A stretch of 64,000 nucleotides of DNA from an uncultured Gemmatimonadaceae bacterium. GTDB taxonomy: Bacteria; Gemmatimonadota; Gemmatimonadetes; Gemmatimonadales; Gemmatimonadaceae. The stretch spans positions 559,331 to 623,330 of the forward strand of contig CAWHHI010000006.1 in assembly GCA_963829055.1 (NCBI GenBank), read 5' to 3'. A program made the translations under genes and the position numbers. This document shows, one piece after another, positions 20,442-30,064 of the stretch. The first letter of the stretch is position 1. Each line of letters opens with the position of its first letter. Under the pieces are notes generated by a model. The model ran no database searches and was not told the DNA's origin. It saw only the letters and a program-made list of their open reading frames with translations.

Positions 20442-22083
20442 ATGCTACTGGCAGACGCGCTGCAGCAAGGGCGCGCGTGCTTCGAGCGACAGGCGTGGCG
20501 CGAGGCACATGATCTGTTGTCGGACGCGGACCGCGAGGCGCCGCTCGCGCCCGAGGACATCGATCGCCTCGCGACGTGCGCCTTTCTCCTCGGCGACGAA
20601 TCCGGCAGCGCGGACCTCTGGGCGCGCGCGCACCAGGAATTTCAGAAACGCGGGGACGTCGAGCAAGCCGCCCTCTGTGCGTTCCGCATCGGCATTGGGC
20701 TGTTTCTGAAAGGCCAGGCGGCGCACGCGAATGGCTGGCTCGCGCGCGCGCGGCGTCTGCTCGACGATGCCGGCCGTGATTGCTCGGTGCGCGGGTACCT
20801 CCTCATGCCAGAGGGGATTGGGGCCGTGCGCGCGGGAAACCCGGCGCGGGCACACGAGCTGTTCTGCAAGGCCGCGGAGATCGGCCGACGCTTCGGCGAC
20901 GACGACCTCGTCGCGCTCGCTCGGCAAGGCACTGGTCGCGCGCTCATCCGCATGGGCCAGGTGGCCGAGGGACTGGCGTTGCTCGATGAGGTGATGGTGG
21001 CGGTGTTGGCGGGTGAGCTCGCGCCACTTCACGTCGGCGACATCTACTGCAGCGTGATAGACGCCTGCACGGAGATCTACGACCTGCGCCGCGCCCACGA
21101 GTGGACGGCGGCGCTCCAGCGCTGGTGCGAGCGGCAGCCTGACGGTCTTCCGTATCGCGGGAGCTGTCTCGTCCGACGCGCCGAGATCATGAAGCTGCAC
21201 GGGTCGTGGACCGATGCGATGGACGAGGCCGAGCGGGCGTGCGTGCGGTTGCTCGTGCCGCCACCGAAGCCGGCGGCCGGGCAGGCGTACTACCAGCGCG
21301 GTGAGCTGCACCGGCTGCGCGGCGAGCTGGAAAAAGCGGAGGAGGCGTACAGGCAGGCGGCCGAGCTGGGGTCGAGGCCGCAGCCGGGACTCGCGCTACT
21401 TCGGCTCGCGCAGGGTGACGTCGATGCGGCGGTGTCCTCGCTCCGGCGTGCGCTCGACGAGACCGGCGACAGGCTCGTAAGATCCCGTCTGCTTGGCGCT
21501 TACGTGGAGGTGCTGCTGGTGGCCGGTGACGTCGCCGGGGCACGTGCCGCGTCCGATGAGCTCACCGGAATCGCGACCAGCTTCGACGCGCCATTCCTCC
21601 GCGCGTTGTCAGCGCACTGCTCGGCCGCAATTTTCCTCACTGAAGAGGATGCAAATAGTGCGATGCCACTGCTGCGGACTGCGCTCGATCTCTGGCGTGA
21701 GATCGAGGCGCCCTACGAAGACGCGCGGACGCGCGAGCTGATCGCGGTCGCGGCGCGCATGCTCGGTGACGACGAGACGGCGGGGTTGGAGCTGGCTGCC
21801 TCGCGCCGCGCGTTCCAGAAACTCGGGGCGGTGACCGACGTCGCGCGCGTGGATGCTCGCACGCTCAAGAGCCGGAGGCAAGGGTCCGCGTCAGTTGACG
21901 GGCCGAGAGCTAGAGGTGCTGGCTCTGGTCGCGACGGGCAAAACCAATAAAGCGATCGCCGAAACGCTGGGTCTGAGCGAGAAAACGGTGGCTCGGCACC
22001 TGAGCAACATGTTCACGAAGCTCGATATCTCGTCACGTGCCGCGATGACGGCGTACGCGTACCGGAATCATTTGGTGGGATAG
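20442..22083 (+). CDS. LuxR family regulator with TPR-like N-terminal region (frameshift near 21870)
   Basis: Helical repeats, [10 protein letters not shown]-terminal [34 protein letters not shown]. Confidence 0.9.
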
Positions 22084-22100
22084 CCGCGGATCTGATGTCC

Positions 22101-22439
22101 GTTCATCGCGCCGGGGCCGGTGGGAACTACGATTTGGCGGATCACACGGAAAACGGCCGGATACGGCTTTGCATCGACGCTGGCTCTCGCCGGACGCCTG
22201 AATGAATGGGAACGGCCGCTCGGGACGCATGGTGTCCCGAGCGGCCGTTCCCAAGAATCCGGGCTCGTTGCGAGAGGAGCCGGATCACCGAGCGATATCC
22301 TGCTTCTTCCGTTTCATCCGCGAAATCGTAGTTCGCACCAAGCCGCGGCGCGATGATGCCTGAATGCAAAGCCGGATCCGGCAGTTTCGCAGTACAGATC
22401 CGCCCAATCGCAGTTCCCACCGGCCCCGGCGCGATGAAC
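22101..22439. repeat. Long nested inverted-repeat structure
   Basis: About 75-bp imperfect arms at 22101-22174 and 22364-22439; perfect 20-bp hairpin at 22207-22253; partial third arm copy at 22316-22356. Confidence 0.85.
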
Positions 22440-22594
22440 CGTACCCCGCGATGCAACCGAAATCGCCGTACATAGAAATACCCATCCTCCAATACTCATG
22501 CAGGTGCGCAGTTCGCCCGACGCGGAGATCCTGATCCCACCCTAATCTCTGGCTGTGATCCGACGTGATCACCAAACACACTGGAGGTCAGGCC

Positions 22595-23722
22595 ATGCAT
22601 CGCAACTATGAACCCGAGCGTGTCGAGACGGTCATCATCGGCGCCGGGCAAGCGGGATTATCGGTCGGTTATCATCTGGCGCGTCGGGGCAAGCGGTTCG
22701 TGATCCTCGAAGCCAACGCACGCGTCGGCGATAGCTGGCGTGCGCGCTGGGACTCGCTCCGCCTCTTCTCACCCGCGCGGTTCGACGGGTTGGACGGGAT
22801 GCCATTCCCGGCGTCGCCGCACTCCTTCCCGCTGAAGGACGAGATGGCCGATTACCTCGAGGCCTACGCCGCACGGTTCGAATTGCCCGTCCGCACCGGC
22901 ATGCAGGTGACGAGTCTTTCGCGAAGCGGCGACCGCTATCTCGTCGTCGCCGGCGACGCGAGCTTCGAGGCCGACAACGTCGTCGTCGCGATGGCCAACT
23001 ACCAGTGGCCGCGCATCCCCGAGTTCGCGACCGACCTCGATCCGTCGATCGTGCAACTGCACTCGAGCGAGTACCGCAACCTGACGCAGCTGCGACCGGG
23101 CGGCGTGCTCGTCGTCGGCGCTGGCAATTCCGGCGCGGACATCGCGCTCGAGGCCGCGCGCGGCGGCCACGAGACGGTGATCTCCGGCCGCGATGTGGGA
23201 CACGTTCCGTTCAAGATCGGGAGCCGCTTCGCCCGCTGGTTCGTGTTACGTCCGTTGTTTCGCGGCCTCTTCCATCGCGTGTTGACGATCGACACGCCAA
23301 TGGGTCGGAAGGCACGCCCCAAGGTGATCGGCAAGGGAGCGCCGCTCATCCGTGTGAAGCCTAACGATTTCGTCGCTGCAGGTGTGAAGCGCGTCGGCCG
23401 TACGGTGGGAGTACAGGACGGTCGCCCGGTGCTCGAGGACGGGCGAACGCTCGACGTCACGAACGTCGTCTGGTGCACCGGCTACCATCCGGGCTTCTCG
23501 TGGATCGAGCTGCCGGTATTCGACGCCGACGGAGAGCCGTTGCAGGATCGCGGAGTCGCACGCGGCGAGCCCGGGCTGTACTTCGTCGGGCTGCACTTCC
23601 TGTACGCGATGTCATCCGGGATGATCCACGGCGTGGGTCGCGACGCCGATCACGTAGCGGACACGATCGCTCGGCGACCGCGCACGGTAGCACCGGAGGT
23701 CGCACACGCCGTAGGCGCCTAA
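22595..23722 (+). CDS. Flavin-containing monooxygenase / NAD(P)/FAD oxidoreductase (CzcO-like)
   Basis: IIGAGQAGL, WDSLRLFSP, QLHSSEY, VVGAGNSG, VWCTGY; GGAGG RBS. Confidence 0.9.
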   Translation: MHRNYEPERVETVIIGAGQAGLSVGYHLARRGKRFVILEANARVGDSWRARWDSLRLFSPARFDGLDGMPFPASPHSFPLKDEMADYLEAYAARFELPVRTGMQVTSLSRSGDRYLVVAGDASFEADNVVVAMANYQWPRIPEFATDLDPSIVQLHSSEYRNLTQLRPGGVLVVGAGNSGADIALEAARGGHETVISGRDVGHVPFKIGSRFARWFVLRPLFRGLFHRVLTIDTPMGRKARPKVIGKGAPLIRVKPNDFVAAGVKRVGRTVGVQDGRPVLEDGRTLDVTNVVWCTGYHPGFSWIELPVFDADGEPLQDRGVARGEPGLYFVGLHFLYAMSSGMIHGVGRDADHVADTIARRPRTVAPEVAHAVGA

Positions 23723-23728
23723 CGTCGC

Positions 23729-25558
23729 TCAGAAGTCCGTCAAGCCGGCACTCAGCGTCGCGAGCTCGGTGGGCACGCTGGTCTGCCCCTCGTAGCCGGG
23801 AAAGCCGCCGAAGCGGAAGCAGAGACGGAGATAGTCCACGAAGAAGAGACCGTGGCGCTCGTTCAGGAGCTCTCCGTCCGCCCGCGGGTCAGGGATGGCC
23901 ATCTCGTACGGATCGCCACCGCTCGTGTCAGCTTTGTGAAGATCGTCCGGCGCGATTGTGATCGCCGCGGGGCCGTCTTCGTCCTCCTCGTCGTGCTCGA
24001 CCGCACCTTCGTCGAAGCCGTAGACGACCAGCGGGTCCGTCGCGACGCTGTTGTTCTGCGGGTCGAGCGTTGGATGTCGCCCGATGAGATCGACCTCGCC
24101 AACGACCTCGTAGAACGCTCGCAGGGAGAGCGGCATCGCGCCGACCCGTTTCTCGAAGTTGGCGATGTCCTTCCAAACGTTAGGCTCGGGCGGCACATGC
24201 GCCCGGCTCGTCGCGACACTCGGCGCTGCCTGCGCAGGCTTTTGTGCCTGACCCGCCATGAGGCCGATCGTTTTCGTCATCATGCTGACGAGGTCCGCGA
24301 GTGGCGACGGCACCGTAGTGCCCGTGGCGTCGGCCGAGAAGATGTAGCCCATCGCCGTGAGGCGCTCGACGAGCGTGCGGACGTTCGCGTCGACGCGCCG
24401 CATGGTCTCGTAGGCCACGGCGAGCGCGTCCGCCGCGTGCGGGTCACGACGTACGTCGGCACCTAACGCGATGAGCTCCGTCCAGACGTTCCGGTGATCG
24501 CCAGCGACGTAACGCTCATACAGCGGCAATGCGCCGCCCGCGTGCGCTCGCAGCTTCTCGAGCCGAGCGGCGGCCTCCGCGGGGAGCGCGGTTTTGAGAA
24601 TCGATCCCGGCTTCGCCGCCTTCTTCGCCGTGGGTGCCGATGTCCCGATCTTCGATTTCACGAACTTCTGAAATGTCGGATCGAACCCCTTGAAGTCGCG
24701 AGGCGGAACCGACGCTGGATCCATGATCCAGCGCTCCGGCACGGCTTTGCCGTTCCACGCGTACACGCGCCAGCCATCCCGATACACCGCGGCGGGACCA
24801 TCCCCGTTCTGGAGTACACGCTGCTCGTTGAGATGAATCTCTGACGGGCGATCGCTCAGAATTGCGACGTTCTGGAACGGCCACCACAGGCCCGCGGACC
24901 GCGCCACGTCCCACGCGGCGCTCATCAGCGCGGGAGCCTCGCGCTCGCCCACGAGGTGCTCGTCGAACGCCATTTGATAGAACGGGTACTCATCGAAGAA
25001 CGACTGACCTATCAACCTGTCGGTCGTGGGGCAGTGGATGACGCTTCTCAGTGCGCCGAGGTTCCCTCCCCAGAACGTTTGCTCTGCCCGAAAGAGATCG
25101 GTTTCGATGACGTCCGTGGCGAAGGACAGCGCGACGTTCTCATCCAGAGCGAACCGCTGCTCGAAGAACTTCATCTTGAACATCGTCGCGGGATTCGGCG
25201 GGAACGCCAGGTCCTCGCCGATCGGCACGCCGACCATCGCGGCTGCCTGGTCCCAGCCGGCGACGCCAAGCTTTGCGGCGAATGTCGATCGCGCGCGATC
25301 GATGCGCTCCTGGCCATCGCGTGACTTCGCGGCCGACGCCATGCTCTCTGCCCACGTGAAGTTGTGCGGCGCCGCCAGCAGCGCGACTGGCCACGATGCC
25401 TCGAACGGCGACTCGTACCACACGAAATGACGTGGCTCCGCGAATCCCGCCGCCTTGTAGAGTCGGCGGACGCCGTCCTCTGCGCGGGGGCGGTCCGCCG
25501 GTTCGGTCGAGAACAGCTGCGCCAGCCAGGCGGCGCGAATGTCGGATTCGGATCTCAT
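23729..25558 (-). CDS. DUF6745-like domain fused to an SMI1/KNR4(SUKH)-like C-terminal domain
   Basis: GLWWPFQNVAILSDRPSEIHL...DGPAAVYRDGWRVYAWNG; C-terminal FEKRVGAMPLSLRAFYEVVG...FVDYLR.CF..GGFPG; intact 609 aa. Confidence 0.6.
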   Translation of the reverse strand: MRSESDIRAAWLAQLFSTEPADRPRAEDGVRRLYKAAGFAEPRHFVWYESPFEASWPVALLAAPHNFTWAESMASAAKSRDGQERIDRARSTFAAKLGVAGWDQAAAMVGVPIGEDLAFPPNPATMFKMKFFEQRFALDENVALSFATDVIETDLFRAEQTFWGGNLGALRSVIHCPTTDRLIGQSFFDEYPFYQMAFDEHLVGEREAPALMSAAWDVARSAGLWWPFQNVAILSDRPSEIHLNEQRVLQNGDGPAAVYRDGWRVYAWNGKAVPERWIMDPASVPPRDFKGFDPTFQKFVKSKIGTSAPTAKKAAKPGSILKTALPAEAAARLEKLRAHAGGALPLYERYVAGDHRNVWTELIALGADVRRDPHAADALAVAYETMRRVDANVRTLVERLTAMGYIFSADATGTTVPSPLADLVSMMTKTIGLMAGQAQKPAQAAPSVATSRAHVPPEPNVWKDIANFEKRVGAMPLSLRAFYEVVGEVDLIGRHPTLDPQNNSVATDPLVVYGFDEGAVEHDEEDEDGPAAITIAPDDLHKADTSGGDPYEMAIPDPRADGELLNERHGLFFVDYLRLCFRFGGFPGYEGQTSVPTELATLSAGLTDF

Positions 25559-25802
25559 GATGCGCGAGCGACGTGAGTCTGCGACGTGGGTCCGGCGGAG
25601 CGACGTTGAAGGCGACGACTATCGCAACGGGGATCACCCGAGACTTGAACGATCCTGCGGTAGATGTCGTCGGGCAGCCGATCCGTCAACGGCCTCTCGG
25701 CGCCCGCTAGCGGCGACCCCTTCGTCCCAGCGATTCGTCAGGCTCGTTCCGCATCTGGACGATTGCGCGTATCGCGAGCGCGCAGGGCAGCGCTTCGTAG
25801 GC

Positions 25803-25897
25803 TCTTCGTGCAGTACAACTCGACGACGGACCGCCTCGATTTCAACGCGCGTCTGCGCTACGCTTTCACCGAAGGATCTTCTGCGAGATCATCGTAA
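25803..25897 (+). pseudogene. Possible remnant of an outer-membrane beta-barrel (DUF5916-like) C-terminus
   Basis: LFVQYNSTTDRLDFNARLRYAFTEGS, with no credible upstream coding sequence. Confidence 0.35.
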
Positions 25898-25964
25898 CTA
25901 GTCTGGCCACGACCCGTCCACGGAAGATCCCTCGTCGCCTTCGGCTCCTCGGGATGACACATCG

Positions 25965-27055
25965 ATGAAAACACGGATCATCCTCGGTGTCTGCGCCGTG
26001 TGGCTGCTGCTCGGCGCACTGTGGGGTGCGCAGACCGCGCTCGGGTCGAGTGTGATGGGTGGGCAACCCGTTCCGCTCGTGGCGGCCATCAAGAGCGCGC
26101 TGCAGCAGATTCTGCCGTGGGTGCCCGTCACGCTCGCGGTCATTGCGCTCACCGTGCGCTTCCCGCTCTCGCGCGACACGTGGCTGCGCTACGCGCCGAT
26201 GCATCTCGCCGCCGCGGCGCTGCTCGCGTTCGCCGCGAATGCGCTCGTCGTGCTCATGTACTGGGCGAGCGTCGGAAAGTTCGGTGGCCTCATCGAGCTC
26301 GCGCATCAGGGCGCGATCTGGGCGACGGTCCGCTTCCACATCGCGTTGCTCATCTACGCCTCCATCCTCGGCATCACGCAGGGCGTGCTCTCGTACCGCA
26401 GCATGAAGTCGCGCGAGCTGCAACTCGCGAGGGCGGAAGGACAGCTTGCCGAGGCGCGTCTCCAGGCGCTCAACGCGCAGATCCGGCCGCACTTCCTGTT
26501 CAACACGCTCCACACGATCGGCCAGCTCTGGCGCAGCGGCCGTAGCGACGACGCGGACGCCGTCCTCGATCATCTCGGCGCGCTCTTTCACAAGGTCTCG
26601 AGCTCCACGTCTCGCTTCGAAGTGCCGCTGGCCGAGGAGCTCGAGTTGGTGCGCGACTATCTGGCGATCGAGGAGGTGCGTTTCCGCGACCGCTTGCGAC
26701 CGACTGGTGGACGCGCCCGCTGACGCGCTGGACTGTCTCGTGCCGCCGCTCATCCTGCAGCCGCTCGTCGAGAACGCGGTGCGCCACGGCATTTCTGCCG
26801 TGTCCACCGCTGGCGTGCTGGAAGTGTCTGCATCGCGACAGGGATCGCGCCTGCGTCTCACGGTGCGCGATGACGGGCCCGGAATCTCGGTCGCGTCGAA
26901 GTCGCCGGGCACCGGCACGGGGCTCCGCAATACGCGGGAGCGCCTCGCGCAACTCTACGGCGAGCGTGGGCTCATGAGCATCGCGGACGCGCCGGGCGGC
27001 GGCACGATCGTGACGGTGGACATCCCCATCGCGCCTAACGGGAGCAGCGGCGAAC
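25965..27055 (+). CDS. LytS/YehU-type sensor histidine kinase (frameshift near 26700; 3' end runs into a repeat)
   Basis: TM N-terminus; LQALNAQIRPHFLFNTLH, VPLAEEL....YLAIEEVRF.DRL, LQPLVENAVRHG, DDGPG, GTGLRN. Confidence 0.9.
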
Positions 27056-27230
27056 GGTCATTCCGAGCGGAGCGCCCGATCGGGCCGCGCAGTCGAGGAA
27101 TCGCGATCGTCCCGATAGAGGGGCCCCTCTGCCCGGATGATCGCGATTCCTCGTGCGCCAGAGGGCACCCGCGCGCTTCCGGCGGCTCCGCTCGGAATGA
27201 CCGAGCTCGGCTTCCGCTCGGAATGACAAC
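27056..27230. repeat. Palindromic REP/MITE-like element, copy 2, with a duplicated right end
   Basis: GGTCATTCCGAGCGGAGC (27056) / GCTCCGCTCGGAATGACC (27185-27202); same internal GAGGAATCGCGAT hairpin as copy 1; second right end at 27214-27230. Confidence 0.85.
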
Positions 27231-28092
27231 GGATCCTGACGCCTCGGCGCGTCCATCCACCGTCGTGCGCGCCGTGGTGGTGGACGACGAGCCCACCTCG
27301 CGCGAGGTCGTCCGCACGCTGCTCACCGAGCATCCGACGGTACAGGTCGTGGGCGAAGCGACGAACGGCAAGGAGGCCGTTCTACTCGTCAGGCAGCTCC
27401 GGCCCGATCTGCTGTTCCTCGACATCCAGATGCCCGACCAGGACGGCTTCCGCGTGCTCGAGTCGCTCGGCGACGACGTCCCGCGCGGCATCGTGTTCGT
27501 GACCGCACACGACGAGCACGCGATCCGCGCGTTCGACGTTCACGCGCTGGACTACGTGCTCAAGCCGTTCGGCCGCCCGCGGTTCAAGGCGGCAGTCACG
27601 CGCGCGCTCGAGGGACTGCGCGCCATGGAGGCGCTCACGCTGCAACGTACGCTCGCGAGCATGGCCGCTGATCGTCACGCCGACTTGCGTCCCGCCGGCG
27701 AGCTCACGACCGCGGATTCGCCGCCTGACGACGATGGCAAGACGCGGGCGACACCGCCTCGGCGCATCGGTGTGCGGAACGGCTCGAAGATCACGGTCGT
27801 GGACGTGGACGCGATCGATTGGGTGGAGGCGTCAGGCGACTATGCGCGCATTCACGCCGGCAAGCACACGTACCTCGTGTCGCAACGCATGCACGCGCTC
27901 GAGCGCCTGCTCGAGGCACGCGAGTTCGTGCGCGTGCATCGGTCGCTCATTGTGAACGTGAAGCGCGTGCGCGAGCTGCACCGCGACGCCGACGGTGGCG
28001 GCACGCTCGTGCTCTCGGATGGCGTTAGGCTCCGCGTCGCGCGCGGACGCTGGGAGGCGATGGAGCGGGCGCTCGAGATGGAGGAGTTCTAG
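27223..28092 (+). CDS. LytTR family response regulator
   Basis: VVVDDE, FLDIQMP, FVTAHDEHAIRAF..ALDYVLKP; LytTR IDWVEA.GDY...FVRVHRS.IVN. Confidence 0.92.
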   Translation: MTTDPDASARPSTVVRAVVVDDEPTSREVVRTLLTEHPTVQVVGEATNGKEAVLLVRQLRPDLLFLDIQMPDQDGFRVLESLGDDVPRGIVFVTAHDEHAIRAFDVHALDYVLKPFGRPRFKAAVTRALEGLRAMEALTLQRTLASMAADRHADLRPAGELTTADSPPDDDGKTRATPPRRIGVRNGSKITVVDVDAIDWVEASGDYARIHAGKHTYLVSQRMHALERLLEAREFVRVHRSLIVNVKRVRELHRDADGGGTLVLSDGVRLRVARGRWEAMERALEMEEF

Positions 28093-28312
28093 CTTGGCCG
28101 GCGGTCAGGCAGCGGGTGGTTATGCCTGGCGATGTGCGCCGTTAGGCGCGCCGACGCGATGTCGCGGCCACAGACGGGCATTGCACGCAGCACGGCGCCT
28201 TGTGCAGCACGGCGAGCGGGGCCAGGTGACACGGGCAGTCGCACGCGTCACCGGGAGGTGGCGTGGGAACGAACTTCAGGAAGCTCCGATCTCGGTTCGG
28301 CATTCCGCGCAT
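28089..28312 (-). CDS. Small Cys/His-rich, zinc-finger-like protein (absent from the ORF track; probable 1-nt deletion)
   Basis: MPNRDRSFLKFVPTPPPGDACDCPCHLAPLAVLHKAPCCVQCP, then xCGRDIASARLTAHIARHNH in the shifted frame. Confidence 0.55.
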
Positions 28313-28421
28313 GCTTCAGATCTACGCCCGGGAGCCGCTGGGCGGAAGCGGCAAACGAACTGATAGTTGGCGACGGTCATCCGCTCGGGTTCCCCGACCA
28401 TCTTCCCAGCACGGACTGACA

Positions 28422-29216
28422 ATGCCTCAGGTCTCGGCTCTCTATATCTATCCGGTCAAGTCGTGCGCCGGTATCGCGGTCGCGAGTGCGACGCTCGACA
28501 CAAGAGGATTCGTCGGTGATCGCCGCTTCATGATCGTGGACGACGCCGGCTCGTTTCTCACCCAGCGTGAGCTCCCGAGACTCGCGCTGATCTCGCCGCG
28601 CACGGACGATGACGTGCTCTCCCTCGACGCACCCGGCATGGCCCCGATCGAGACGCCCGTCCGCCGCGGTCGTGGCGATGGGACGGTGACCATCTGGGAC
28701 GACACGTGCTCCGCGATTGACCAGGGCGACGAGGTCAGCGCGTGGCTCGGTCGGTATCTCGGCACACGGTGTCGACTCGTAAGGCAGGCCGATGACGATG
28801 TGCGCCGCATCGATCCGACGTACGCCACGAGCGCCGCTGACGAAGTGAGCTTTGCCGACGCCTATCCGTTGCTGTTGATCAGCGAAGCGTCGCTCGCCGA
28901 CCTGAACTCACGGCTGGAAGTGCCGCTTCCAATGGATCGCTTCCGGCCCAACGTCGTGTTGAGTGGCACCGAGCCGTACGCCGAAGATGCGTGGCGGTCG
29001 ATCGAGATCGGTGCCGTGCGGGCGCAAGTGGTCAAGCCCTGCGTCCGGTGCGTGACGACCACGGTCGATCAGCGCACAGCGGAAGCGGGCAAGGAGCCGC
29101 TCCGCACACTCGCCACCTACCGCAAGGGTCCACGAGGCGTGATGTTCGGCCAGAACGTCATCCACGGTCATCCGGGCACCATCAACGTCGGGGACCGCGT
29201 GCGCGTCAGAGAGTAG
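28422..29216 (+). CDS. MOSC domain protein (MOSC_N + MOSC, mARC/YcbX-like)
   Basis: LYIYPVKSC, DRRFM, FADAYPLL, RFRPNVV, AEDAW, PCVRC. Confidence 0.92.
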   Translation: MPQVSALYIYPVKSCAGIAVASATLDTRGFVGDRRFMIVDDAGSFLTQRELPRLALISPRTDDDVLSLDAPGMAPIETPVRRGRGDGTVTIWDDTCSAIDQGDEVSAWLGRYLGTRCRLVRQADDDVRRIDPTYATSAADEVSFADAYPLLLISEASLADLNSRLEVPLPMDRFRPNVVLSGTEPYAEDAWRSIEIGAVRAQVVKPCVRCVTTTVDQRTAEAGKEPLRTLATYRKGPRGVMFGQNVIHGHPGTINVGDRVRVRE

Positions 29217-29324
29217 GAAGGAGGCGGACGGCGGATGGCGGATGGCGGAGAAAAAGCGTGTCACCCCGAGCGGCAGCGGCTGACACCGCTCTTACCTGCT
29301 CCTTCCTACGGCCTCCTTCCTCAG
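29214..29324. repeat. Convergent GGAAGGAGG/GGCGGAT repeat tracts flanking a partial palindromic-element end
   Basis: TAGGAAGGAGGCGGACGGCGGATGGCGGATGGCGG; TGTCACCCCGAGCG at 29259; CTCCTTCCTACGGCCTCCTTCCTCAG at 29299-29324. Confidence 0.65.
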
Positions 29325-30049
29325 GCCTCGTTGAGAAACCCCCTCGCCCAGTCCGGCCGACCGTTTCGCTCCGCCTGCGCCGCTACCGCCGCCCAGTCGT
29401 ACTCGAGCGCGATCAGGTCGACGCTCCACCTCGCAGCGCGCCGAGTCGCGATCGCATAACGCGCGTGTGGGGAGCCCGCCTCGTTGATGAGCCGGTCCGC
29501 ATTGTCCGCGTAGCGCGGACAGCCGACGCTGCCCGGATTGAGCACCAGCCGTCCCGCGCGGTCCGACGCCAGGTGCTGGTGATGACTGTGACCGCAGAGC
29601 ACCAAGTTCGCCTGCACGTCGCCGAGCCGGGTGCCTAACGCATCAGCCTTCACCAGCGCCAGGCGACCGTCGACCTTCTCCTCGAGCAGGTAGTCCGCGT
29701 CGCTCGTCGGCGTCCCGTGTACGGCGAGCACTCCGTCGTCGATCGCGAGCGTCGCGGGAAGCGCGCCGAGCGCCGCACGCTGGGCGTCACTCAACGCGTC
29801 ACACGAGAACGCAATGCTCGGTGACGGTGGTCCCGAGTCTGGTTGCGCGATCCAACGATCGTGATTGCCGCGGACCGTAGGCATGCTGACGGTTTCGAGT
29901 AGCTCGAACGTCTCGCGCGGCCACAGGGGACTGGTCACGCAGTCCCCGAGGTTCACCATTGCGTCCACGCCCCGAGCACGGATGTCGGCGAGCACGATCT
30001 CGAGCGCACGGAGGTTCCCATGCACGTCCGAGATCACCGCGAGTCTCAT
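29321..30049 (-). CDS. Metallophosphoesterase (YfcE-like)
   Basis: SDVHGN, LGD, RGNHD, HG, GHSH, NPGSVG. Confidence 0.92.
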   Translation of the reverse strand: MRLAVISDVHGNLRALEIVLADIRARGVDAMVNLGDCVTSPLWPRETFELLETVSMPTVRGNHDRWIAQPDSGPPSPSIAFSCDALSDAQRAALGALPATLAIDDGVLAVHGTPTSDADYLLEEKVDGRLALVKADALGTRLGDVQANLVLCGHSHHQHLASDRAGRLVLNPGSVGCPRYADNADRLINEAGSPHARYAIATRRAARWSVDLIALEYDWAAVAAQAERNGRPDWARGFLNEA

Positions 30050-30064
30050 CGACCAGCCATCGCG

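Noticed and set aside
22465..22525. Candidate LuxR operator sites upstream of the monooxygenase (TACATAGAAATACCCA; GTGCGCAGTTCGCCCG)
   Set aside because: Plausible by position, but the symmetry is too weak to support without comparative data.
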